Shown: positions 12,037-24,500 of the stretch, piece by piece | How the letters are laid out: each line of letters starts with the position of its first letter | How positions within the stretch are numbered: the stretch's first letter is position 1 | Origin: Octopus sinensis | Taxonomy: Eukaryota | Reading direction: 5' to 3' | NCBI RefSeq assembly: GCF_006345805.1 | Contig: NC_043022.1 | Location: forward strand, 23,436,001-23,500,000 | DNA: 64,000 bases | Notes under the pieces: model-generated | Databases searched by the model: none | Told to the model about the DNA's origin: nothing | The model's input: only the letters and a program-made list of their open reading frames with translations | Position numbers and translations under genes: made by a program

Positions 12037-13002
12037 ATATTTATATAAGGCAATCTTTCGATATAACTCCACAAAACCAAATCAAATACTTGGCTGTTTC
12101 CGTGACAACTCGACAAATCACTTCAGATATCTTCGTTATCTCTGCTTGTGAAGACCTGTTTGAGGCAAGTGAAATCGAAATCAAATTCGATGACTGGCGT
12201 CCGTGCTAGTGGAGCACTAAGAGTACCATTCGAGCGTGATCGTTGCCAAAAACAACAATGTTATGGAACATAGAGAGCAGAATGAGAACAGTGTTTGAAA
12301 TTCTGATACAAGTTCAACACAAAACATCTGAAGAAGGCTGGTGTGCACATGGCTTCGGGTTCAGTTTCACTGCGTGGCATCTTGGGGAAGTGTTTTCTAC
12401 TATATCCTCGGACTGACCAAAGCCTTGTGAATGGATTTGGTAGATGGAAACTGAAAGAACCCATCATATACATACATACATATGCGTGTATGTCTTTGTT
12501 TTTGTGTTTGTCCCCTATCATCACTTGACAACCAGTGTTAGTGCATTTACATCCCCGCCTGTAACTTAGCGGTTTGGCAAAAGACTTCAATAAAATAAGT
12601 GCCCGGCTTAACGAGAATGATAATAATTACTGAGTCGATTCATTCAACTAAAATTTCTTCAAGGCAGTGTGCTCCAGCATGGCCGCAGTTGAATGACTGA
12701 AACAAGTAAAAGATTAAAGAAACTCGCTCACACACACACACACATGCTCTCGCTTTGCTACCACCACCCTAACACTCACCATCACCATTGAGTGAAAAAA
12801 GGAAACTCAAGACAAATTAAGGCCATCAATGTTAGTCAACATCGACAAGAGATGCTTGGATCACAAGTGTTGCCTCATAGTCATTGTTGAAGTAATAGTT
12901 ATGAATAGTTTTATTGTTATTGATGATGTAATGTATAATTGTTACTATAGTAGTTGTTGTTTCTGTCATGTCAACTGCTGCTATTGTATATTGTAAGAGT
13001 TA

Positions 13003-13391
13003 GGCGTAGGAGTGGCTGTGCGGTAAGTAGCTTGCTTACCAACCACATGGTTCCGGGTTCAGTCCCTGTGTGGCACCTTGGGCAAGTGTCTTCTACTATG
13101 GCCTCGGGCTGACCAAAGCCTTGTGAGTGGATTCGGTAGACAGAAACTGAAAGAAGCTTGTCTTATATCTATATGTGTGTGTGTATATGTTTGTGTGTCT
13201 GTGTTTATCCTCCAACATCGCTTGACAACTGGTGATGGTGTGTTTACGTCCCCGTAACCTAGCAGTTCGGCAAAAGAGACCGATAGATTAAGTACTAGGC
13301 TTACAAAGAATAAGTCCTGGGGTTAATTTGCTCGACTAAAGGTGGTGCTCCAGCATGGCCACAGTCAAATGACTGAAACAAGTAAAAGAGT
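13003..13391 (+). mobile_element. SINE family A, full length
   Basis: GGCGTAGGAGTGGCTGTG head through AAGTAAAAGAGT tail. Confidence 0.92.
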
Positions 13392-13494
13392 ATTGTAGTA
13401 GTAGTAGTAGCAGTAAGAATAGTTGTTATTGTTACTACTACTACTTCCGTTACTCATGACATTTCAAACAGCTACAGTTGCTTGTATTATTGCT

Positions 13495-13527
<33 letters not shown>

Positions 13528-13902
13528 CTTGTGGTGGTGGTGGTGGTAATTGTTTGTAGTTGGTTGTAATTATTGTTGCTATCACAACTACTGCTACAAA
13601 GAAAAAAAACTATAAAGAATAGAAACAATGCTTTCTATTTTTGCCACAAAGCCATAAAAATTTTATCAATACCCCCACCACCACCACCACCAACAACAAC
13701 ATCATTCACCACCATCATCGCCCGACTTCAATATGATGAAAGAAGAAGTCAACTCTCCAAGGATTTTAATTTCATGTCAGCATGTTGGTCGAGTTATTAG
13801 AGCTTCAGATAAAATGCTTTTTGGTATTTGTTTTGACACTGCTCTCCAAGTTCGAATCCCACGAAAGTCGACTTTGCCTTTCATCCTTTCAGCTTCTATG
13901 AC

Positions 13903-14725
13903 AGATCACATAGTTACTAGTAGGGACCATACTGTAATACACCACTTGGTTGTTAGTTGATAATACACTGTGGTAGACCATCTGGCTGCTTGAGGGTACC
14001 ACGCTGGCAGACAACATGGTTGCTATTAGGTACCACACTGTGACACACTACTTGGTGGTTAGTTGATACTACACTGTGGCAGACCATCTGGCTGCTAGTG
14101 GGTACCACACTGTGACAGACCATCTGGCTACTAGTAGGTACCATACTGTAATACACCACTTGGTTGTTAGTTGATACAACACTGTGGCAGACAACATGGT
14201 TGCTATTAGGTACCACACTATGGCAGACCATGTGGCTACTAGTAGGTACCACACTGTGACAGACCATGTGGCTACTAGTAGGTACCATACTGTAATACAC
14301 CACTTCGTTGTTAGTTGATACTACACTGTGGCAGACCATCTGGCTGCTCATGGGTACCATGCTGGCAGACAACATGGTTGCTATTAGGTACCACACTATG
14401 GCAGACCATGTGGTTGCTATTAGGTACCACACTATGGCAGACCATGTGGGTGCTAGTAGGTACCACACTGTGACACACTACTTGGTGATTAGTTGATACT
14501 ACACTGTGGCAGACCAACTGGCTGCTAGTGGGTACCACACTATGACAGACCATGTGGCTACTAGTAGGTACCATACTGTGTCAGACCACCCAGCTGCTAT
14601 TAGGTACCACCCTGTGGCAGACCAACTGGCTGTTAGTAGGTACAACACTATGACAAACCACATGGCTGCTATTAGGTACCACATTGTCGGAGACCATGTG
14701 ACTGCTAGTAGGTACCATACTGTGC
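13903..14725. repeat. 36-bp minisatellite (about 23 units) with higher-order variants
   Basis: Unit taggtaccacactatggcagaccatgtggttgctat (14385 to 14421 = 36 bp). Variant units have gatact in place of ggtacc. Confidence 0.92.
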
Positions 14726-14748
14726 AGACAACAAACACAGGCATGAAG

Positions 14749-14866
<118 letters not shown>

Positions 14867-15777
14867 CTGATTTCTCTCATATGACTGAACACTATAGTTC
14901 AACCAGACAAAAGATGGATTGTAGAAGCCAGGTGGTATTGGTCATGGCCACAATATGATGCTGAGGACAGGATAAAGACTACTGATCTTGAGGAATTGAC
15001 CGTATTTTCTTGATAAGCACAAAGAGAAGTGCTGCAAGAAGTTTGCTTCCCAACTATATGGTTGCAGGTTCAGTTCTACTGCATGGTACCTTGGGAAAGT
15101 TTCTTTTATTGTAGCCCTGGGCTGACCAAAGCCTTGAGATTGAGATAATTTGGTAGATGGAAATTGATAGAAGCCCACATGTTTGTGTTTTTTTTTTTTA
15201 TCTTTCATCTATTACTTGTTTCAGTCATGCTGGAGCACTGCCTTGAAAGATTTTAGTTGGAGAAATTGACCCCAGGGTTTATTTTTTAAGCAGAGTACTT
15301 ATTCTATTTGTCTCATTTGCTGAACTGCAAAGTTATGGGGATGTAAACACACTGATACCAGTTGTCAAGTGGTGGTTGGTGACAAACATAGGCACAAAGA
15401 TACACACACGACAGGCTTCTTTCAGTTTCCATTTACCAAATCCGCCTACAAGGCTTTTGGTCAGCCTGAGGCTATAGAAGAAGAAACTTGTGTAAGGTGT
15501 CATGCAGTGGGACTGAACCCAGAACCATGTAGTTAGGAAGCAAGCTTCTTACCACACAGCCATTCCTGCACCTATAGCTTATAGAAGTTGCCGGAATATA
15601 GTGGCGATTAGTGTGTATGTTATCTCCTGCCACCGCTGGACAACTGGTGTTGTTTTGTTTACATCCCATAACTTAGCAGTTCAGTATAAGAGACTGATAG
15701 AATAAGTACCAGGCATACAGTAAGAAAAAAAATTAATAATAACTAATGGAGTCCATTTATTCAATTAAACCTTTCAA

Positions 15778-16173
15778 GAGTGGCTGTGTGGTAAGTAGCT
15801 TGCTTATGAACCACATGGTTCCGGGTTCAGTCCCACTGCGTGGCACCTTGGTCAAGTGTCTTCTACTATAGCCTCGGGCTGACCAAAGCCTTGTGAGTGG
15901 ATTTGGTAGACGGAAACTGAAAGAAGCCCGTCGTATATATGTATATATATGTGTGTGTGTGTGTGTCTGCGTTTGTCCCCCCAACATCGCTTGACAACCG
16001 GTGCTTGTGTGTTTACATCCCCGTAACTTAGCAGTTTGGGTAAAAAAAAGAAAGAAAAAGACCGATGGAATAAGTACTAGGCTTACAAAGAATAAGTCCT
16101 GGGGTCGATTTGCTCGACTAAAGGCGGTGCTCCAGCATGGTCACAGTCAAATGACTGAAACTAAAAAACGAGT
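15778..16173 (+). mobile_element. SINE family A, near full length
   Basis: Same head, core and tail as 13003-13391. Confidence 0.9.
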
Positions 16174-17574
16174 AAGGTGATGACCAAGTATGGCTGCAGT
16201 CCAGTGACTGAAACAGATCAGAAGATAAAAGTGTAATGTTGACCATCCATGGTTCCACAATACACCAATGATAAGTCCTGACCCTATTGATTATCGCCAT
16301 GATTGGGCTGGTCAGTGAACCATTACTAATAGACACAGCAAGTTGGCTGGTCAGTAAATCGTTGCTAGGTGATAGGAGATACAATAAGTTAGCATGTACA
16401 AACTGATTCAATCCAGCAGGAAGATGGGGGGTGGGGTTAGCAGTGGGGGTGGGGTTAGCAGTGGTGGTGGAGGAGACTGCTTATGTGTATCCATGTGTGG
16501 TGATGTATATATATATATTTTATCTTTTACTTGTTTCAGTCATTAGACTGTGGCTATGCTGGGGCAAGGCCTTGAGGAATTTTTAGTATTTAGTGTTTAG
16601 TACTATTTTTCTTTTTAAGCCTGGTACTTTCTTTTGGTCTCTTTTGCTGAACAACTAAGTTATGGGGACGTAAACACACCAACACCAGTTGTCAAGTGGT
16701 GATGGGGCATGTTCTCGTTTCTCATTTTGTTGACGTTTTTTTTTATGTCCTGTACCCATATATGCATGTATATATACATATATATATGTAGGTTTGTATA
16801 TATGCATATATTTATATTATATATATACACAGTGGGCAGAAACGTTAGCGTGCCAGGTGAAATGCTTAGCGGTATTTCGTCTGCCATTACGTTCTGAGTT
16901 CAAATTCCGCCGAGGTCAACTTTGCCTTTCATCCATTCAGGGTTGATAAATAAAGTACCAGTTACGCACTGGGGTCGATGTAATTGACTTAATCTGTTTG
17001 TCTGTCTTTGTTTGTCCCCTCTATGTTTAACCCCTTGTGGGTAGTAAAGAAATATATATATACAGTGGCCCAGCAACAAAATTTGCTAAGGAGGTGCAAA
17101 CCCAGGTCCTAATTTTTTAATGAAAAATGTGGATTTTTCTAATGTTAACATTAAAACAAATGCAGGTATAATAATAATTTTTATTATTAGGTTCATTGTT
17201 CAAAATTTGCTAGCATCTGACTTTGTCCTTTATTCAATAACCTTAACCCAAGAACTGCTGTCCATCATCATCATCATCATTTGAGGTCCACTTTTCCATG
17301 CTATTTGTTGAAGGAGATTTTCTATGGCTGGATCCCTTTCCTGTCATCAGCCCTCATCTATTTCCAAGCAAGATATTATTTTCCCATAGCTAGATATTTT
17401 TTTTTCACCCAAGACTGGAAATGCCCAACCTTGCTTGATGGTGATGATGATGATGTGCATTTACAACTATCTTGGAATGCCTAGATAAGGCATGCACACA
17501 CACACACACAAGAAGCTTCTTTCAGTTTCCATCTACCAAATCTACTCACAGGGCTTTGATTGGCTTCGTTAATA

Positions 17575-17940
17575 TCTTTATATATAAAAGAGAAGTTGTG
17601 TGTCTGTCTCCTACGATTTAGATTCCTAACTACTCCCACATTTTGCGGTGCAGTTTAACCAAAACCGGGTATCTTATAGTCGTGATTCATATCGAGCCCT
17701 TCTGTGTATTAGCGTGAGTCTACGATTTAAAAAAAAATTTACCATAATTTTTTTCCATTTTAATGCATTTTTTCGCTATTATATAAGGGAAGTAACTCTC
17801 TAAAAATGTCTACGATGAGTCAACGATTTAAAAAAAAATTTACCATCATTTTTTTTCCATTTTTTTGGCTATAACTCTCTAAAAATGCTTATATAGTTAT
17901 TTCCCTTACAAACCCGAGCAACGCCGGGCGATACTGCTAG
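17575..17940 (+). mobile_element. Non-autonomous Helitron H1 (366 bp)
   Basis: Canonical A|TC...hairpin...CTAG|T with no TSD. Shares both termini with 546-1390. Ends 121 nt upstream of the first MVP coding exon acceptor. Confidence 0.92.
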
Positions 17941-18086
17941 TGTAATATATATTTATGCAGGCTGACCAAAACCTTGAGAGTGAATCTATTAGATGAAAAC
18001 TAAAAGAGGTCCACTGCTGTATCACTTGTCTGATGGTTATTTATTTGGTTTGTTATTTCAGAAAACGCTTCACTTCAAGTGTGGTA

Positions 18087-18247
18087 ATGTCTGCTGCTGA
18101 AAAAAAGGCAAAGACATCATCGACAATGGAAGATTCAATGATCAATCGTATTCCTCCATATTACTATCTTCATGTTCTTGATCAAAACACCAATGTAACT
18201 CGTGTTGAGATTGGTCCGAAAACCTACATCCGGCAAGAAAATGAAAA
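18087..18247 (+). CDS. MVP: MVP coding exon 1 (acceptor at 18061, so a 5' UTR exon lies further upstream)
   Basis: [53 protein letters not shown]; acceptor tttgttatttcag ends at 18061; donor GTAAGT at 18248; phase 2. Confidence 0.95.
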
Positions 18248-21113
18248 GTAAGTTTCACACCTCCTCCTTCATCTATCAACGATGATTTTCGTTTGCTCTT
18301 TTACTTGTTTCAGTCATTAGACTATGGCCATGCTGGAGCACCACCTTGTAGGTGCTCTGGCATGGCCCTGGTACTTATTTTAAGCCTGATTCTTATTTTG
18401 TCCTTCTCATTTGTTGAACTGCTAGGTTTCAAAGACATAAACAAATCAACACTAGTTGTCAAGAAGTGTAATGACAAACACATGCACAACAGGCTTCTTT
18501 CAGTTTCTGTCTACCAAACCCACACATGAGGCTGTACTTGGCCCAAGGCTATAGTAAAATCCACCTGCCCAAGGTTCCATGGAGTGGGGCTGAACCTGAA
18601 ACCATGTGGTTCAGAAGCAAACATCTTACCACTTAGCTATCTATCATATATGTCACACATATCACTGTCCATACCTCCAGTATATATTTTATCACACTTG
18701 ATGGTTAATACCTGCAGCATACATTATATGAGATCTAACCGTACATACCTCCAACACACATCACATCTTACTGTCTATACTGTCAGAACACATCAAATTT
18801 TACTGTCCATACCACCAGTACACATTATATCACACTTGGCTGTTTATACCGCCAACACACATTGGATCACATCTAACTGTCCTTACATCCAGCATACCTT
18901 GTGTCTCATCTGACTGTCCAAACCTCTAGTACACATCGCATCACATCTAACTGCCCATACCTTCGGCATACATTGTGTCTTATTTGGCTGTCCACACACC
19001 TCCAATGCACATCTTACCTCCACATCATACCTTCACATACCTTCATAAGAAACAGATTGGTATGAGGAGGTATCTTACTGTTCATGGATCTTTTCGGTTT
19101 CAACGGCAGTTTTTTCTAGCGGTGTCATATGAAATTGTCACCCATAATTATGACCCTAGTATTGATCTATTGCATTTCAATCTATTTTAGGGTTAGGGTT
19201 AGGGGTGGGGGGAAGGGTATCTTTTTTTCTTCACAAATGTAAATAAACCCAATCTGTTTCTTAAACGAGGGACATATTCATACGGCACAGAATGTTGTTT
19301 ACCTCAATGAATGTCAGTGATTGGTTGAAATTACAGAAATTGAAGAAAACAACAAATATCTAACAAACTATAGAATTTTGTCAATAAAGCCAAGAGAAAA
19401 AGATGTTTTATAAACACATTCTACCAGTATACGAAGTTTAAAATTTTTTAGTTACTTAGAAATTATGTTAAAAACTGCCGTTCAAACTGAAAAGATCCCT
19501 GTTCATACCTCCAACACACATTGTTTCACATCTGCCTGTCCATAGCTCCAACATGCATTACATCCATCTCACAGTCTACACCTCCAATATCAAATATCAC
19601 ACTTCGCTGCCCATTATTCAGCAGAGAAAACTTCCAAAACTCTCCAGCGGCTACCAAAATGTTCATAACATGAAAACATTCAAATCTTCCACATTTCATC
19701 AAACATTTTCCACTCATTGGTATATTTTTTGTGTTCATTATTTACATTTGACAGATATTTGTCCTCATCTTGTTTGTTGTTAACACAACATTTCAGCTGA
19801 TATACCATCCAGCTTTCATCAGGTGTCTTGGGAATATTTTGAACCTGGGTTATTCCTAAGGTATTTTTCAATGTTATTATTATTCAGGTCCCTGCTTGGA
19901 ATCGAACTCGGAATCTTAGGGTTCTTAACCACTATGCCATATGCCCGTGTTGTCTTTAAATTTATGTTACTGCTATATTTCTGTTTTTTTTTTTAATGCT
20001 ATTTGTCTCTAAGAGCTGTTGTTTTGAAATGAGTACCTCAGTTTAGCAAGCTTTCAATGATGGACATACTTTAAGTATTATACACAGATTGCCATTTTGA
20101 ACTAATTCTGCTTCTGTTGCTTGTGACAAATTTTACCATTTTCCATTTTTCTCTCAGAATTGTCATGCCTCCCGTTAACATGATGACCATTCCTCCAAGG
20201 CATTTCTGCATCATTGCAAACCCGGTTAGATATGATACTGATGGCAGCATTTGCTATGACAAGTATGGCCAAGCTGAGCTGGCTCATGGCGATGAAGAAA
20301 TCCGCTTCACACAAAGTCCTTTTCCTCTCTATCCTGGGGAGAAGATTAAGCAGGTAAAGAGCATCAATAAGTTAGCTAAATAATTTAAATGCTATTTTCT
20401 TACTATTATAACATTGCATGCTGCTTGTTTCACCTTTGATTATATGCAAGTATGGATTTCGCATTCACATCCACAAGGTTTCATGTTCAACCCCACTGGC
20501 CTACCTCCTCATACCAATATCTTTTTTACCATCAGTTGAAGTTGACCAATACAGTGTGCATGGAATTTAGGAGATAAAATCTTTGAATAAGCCCAGATAC
20601 ACACACACATGTGATGGTTTTCTTTTAGTCTTACGAGGTTTTGGTTGGCCCAGGGTAGAAGACATTTTGCCCAAGGTGCTGTGCAGTGCAATTGAACCTG
20701 AGACCTAGCTGGAAAGCAAATTTCTTAACCGCACAACCATTTGTGTTTGGAAATCTACAAAAGTAATCCATACATATAGTAACAAGCAAGTCCCTTGGTC
20801 ATCACTGACTCAGTTCCTAGGACTCATAAGGTTGTTTACTCCGTTTCCATGGCAAATAACTGGCACTCTGTCAGTTATGACAGGGAGGGTTCCTGATGAT
20901 CCAATCAATGGAACAGCTTGCTTGATAAATTAATGTGCATGGGGCTAAGCATTCCACAGACACATACCCTTAACATAGTTCTCAGGGAGATTCAGCATGA
21001 CACATAGTGTGAAAAGGCTGGCCCTTTGAAATACAGGTACCACTCAAAACGTGAAATCCTCCTTTCTTTCCTTTCCTGAGTGTCCAATAACACAATACTT
21101 ATTCCACGTCCTC

Positions 21114-21158
<45 letters not shown>

Positions 21159-21544
21159 CATATATATATATAAAGTTAATCCAAACAAGAAAGTACAAAA
21201 AAACACAACAACGCGAGGATGTGGAACAAATATAGTATTATTGGATGCTCAGAAAAGAAGGAGGATTTAACGTTTCGAGCGGAGCTCTTCGTCGGAAACA
21301 TAGGAGAAGGGAAGACAGGGGGAAAAAAAATCGCCAACGGTACACACGTGGTCACCAAACAAGAAAGCACAAAAAAACACAACAATGCGAGGACGTGGAA
21401 CAAATATAGTATTATTGGACGCTCAGGAAAGAAGGAGGGTTTAACGTTTCGAGCAGAGCTCTTCGTCAGAAACATAGGAGAAGGGAAGACGGAGGAAAAA
21501 AAAATCACCAACGGTACACACGCGATCACATTTTGAATGTATAT

Positions 21545-21582
<38 letters not shown>

Positions 21583-24500
21583 CTACTGGATTACTTGAAT
21601 CCATTTATTGTGACTTAAATTTGTAGTAGAATTGATATATTTATTGAATTCTGAAATAGCACACTGTTGCTATTCAAAGTTTCAAGTTACGACCAGACAT
21701 ACAATTGCTATTATATCCACATCTCTCTTTTTATCTTCCTATCAGAGCGTGACAGCCCTTCAAGTGGTGAAGACTGATTCTGGTCTCAGGTTGTCAGCAA
21801 ACGTTGATTTTACTGATGCAAGCAATACGAAAAGATTGGCAGGAGATGAATGGATGTTTCTGGGACCAGGTACTATTGCTGTTTTAACTGCTAGTTAACG
21901 TTTGTTTATTTACCTATACCTCTGTTATCATTCATCACCACCACTACCATTACCATTATAATCACCACCACTACCACCATGACAGTCACCACTAGCATCA
22001 GCACAACCTCTACCACCACCATTATCAGGAGGCACATGGCCTAGTGGTTAGAGCAGCATACTCGCGGTCAAAGGATCGCAGGTTTGAATCTCAGACCGGG
22101 CAACACCTAAGCGAAACACCTAAGCTCCATGCGGCTCTGGCAGAAGGTAATGGCGAGACTTCTGCTGACTCTTTCGTCACAACTTTCTCTCACTTTTTCC
22201 TCCTGCATCTTGCAGCTCACCTGCGACGGACTGGCGTCCCATCCAGATGGGGAACCTATACGCCAAGAAACTGGGTAACTGGCGCCCTTATGAGCCAGGC
22301 ATGGCTCGAGAAGGAAACATCTATCTCTATCACCACCACCACTATCACCTCTACTGTCACTGTCATCATCATCATCCACATTTCATCACTTCCACCATCT
22401 CTACCGCCATCACCCCTGCCACTACTACTACTGCCATAGGCAGAACCAACAGTCTTTTAAGTTTCCTTGTTTTTCAGGAGGTTTATGAAAACCTGGAACC
22501 ATTTCAAAAAATAATTATTTCACATCCTTCTGGAGTTCATAAATTATTGTTTCTTCTTTTAAATTTTTTTGTTTGTTTTTGATATGCTTGATTACATGAA
22601 CAAGTATTTTCTAACATTGCCAAAATGTCTTACAGGTACCTACATACCCAGAAAAGAGGTCACCGTCTTAACAACAGTAAATGCCAAGGTGATCCGTCCA
22701 AACCAAGCCCTCCGTTTAAGGGCTCGTAGAGAGTGTGTCGATTGTAATGGTATAAAGCGAGTGACAGGGGAGGAATGGTTAGTCAAAACAACTGGTGCTT
22801 ACCTACCAATGGCCTATGAGGAAGTAGTAAAAACTATTGATGCTTACATTCTCACTGAAACGGTAAGATTTCAATTAACATCATCATAATCATCATTGTT
22901 TTATTTTACAGGGTGGCAATTTTAAGCAGTGATGTGTATAAATACAAGATTGTTACCAGTTCAGTGAAGGCACATGTCACAGTGGTTAGAGCATCGGGCT
23001 CACAATCATGAGGTAGTGAGTTCAATTCCTGGACCAGGGTCTGTGTTGTGTGTTCTTCAGCAAGACATTTTATTTCATGTTGCTTCAGTTGCTTAGAAAT
23101 GAGTTGAGACATCACTGGTGCCAAGCTGTATCGGCCTTTACCTTTCCCTCATATAACATCAGTGGTGTGGAGAGGAGAGGCTAGTATGCATGGGTGACTG
23201 CTGGTCTTTCATAAACAACCTTACCTAGATTTGTGCCTTGGATAGGAGCTTTCTAGGTGCAATCCCATGGTCATTCATGACCAAAGGGAGTCTTTACCTG
23301 CTCAGATATGCTTGGGGCATATTTGATCTCACAAGAAAAGCATTCACTATGTTTTATCATGGAAAAAATTTCTTGCTTTAGACAAATGGTGTAAATAGTT
23401 GTTGTGTTGTCACCATTTGTCTAAAGCAAGAAATTTTCTCCATGACAAAACATACAAGATTGAATATGCCTCAGGTCTGGCTGCTTTGAACATAAAACAG
23501 AATATTTTGGCCTGTTATCACCTTGACCGACCAGTCTGTCAGGCGTCCATTTGACACTGCTGGTCACAGCATACTGTCCACTCCTCTCTGGATCGCGCCT
23601 TTCTCATCCACGTGATCCCAATCGTCCTCCTGAAATCGTAACTCTACTGTCGTGGAGGCCTTCCGGGTGGTCGTTTCCGCTCGAGCGGGTACCACTCGAC
23701 AACTGCGCGGGTCCACCGATTTTAATTTTGGCCTGTTATAGCCAGTTTAAATGCTATAGGTTTAACTCTTAAATGAACCATAACTCTCTTAGTGATATTA
23801 GTAACTGACTCTGGCCATGCTGAAGCATTATCTAACGTGCAAATTTCCATAATTCCTTTTGTCACTTTACAAGAAATTCCCTATTTATTTTCTAGACTGC
23901 TCTGAAAGTGAAAGCCCTGCAGAATTTTGAGGATCGTTTTAATAAGTTGCGGGAAGCCGGAGAAGAGTGGTTAATTAATATCAATGACACAAAATCCTAT
24001 ATCCCAGATGTTTACGAAGAGGTATGTATTTGTATTCAGTACTAATATATAAAGCATCACCATTATACTATTATCATGCCCGTGTAAGAAACTACTACTA
24101 TTATTATTATTACTACTACTACTGCTGCTGCAAGTCATAATCATCACTATCATCATAATCATCATCATCATCATCATCGACATCGTCATCGTCATCATCA
24201 TCATCATTGCAGTGAGCTGGACGAAATGCATAATGGTATTTCGTATGTCTGTATGTTCTGAGTTCAAATTCCATCAAGGTCAACTTTGCCTTTCATCCTT
24301 TCAGGGTCGATAAAATAAGTACCAGTTGAACAATTCATCCCCTCCTCCAAAACTGCTGCCCTTGTGGCAAAATTTGAAACCATTATTATTTTTATTACTG
24401 CTGAGCAGGCAGAATCATTACCATGCTGCTCAAGAGAATAATGGCCTGCCCAGCTATCTAGCAGGGTGATATCATTTGAAAGCTACAACAGAGTGAGGAA

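Noticed and set aside
18087-18125. 13-aa N-terminal extension of MVP before MEDSM
   Set aside because: Invertebrate MVP N-termini are variable in length, and the true start codon cannot be determined from sequence alone.
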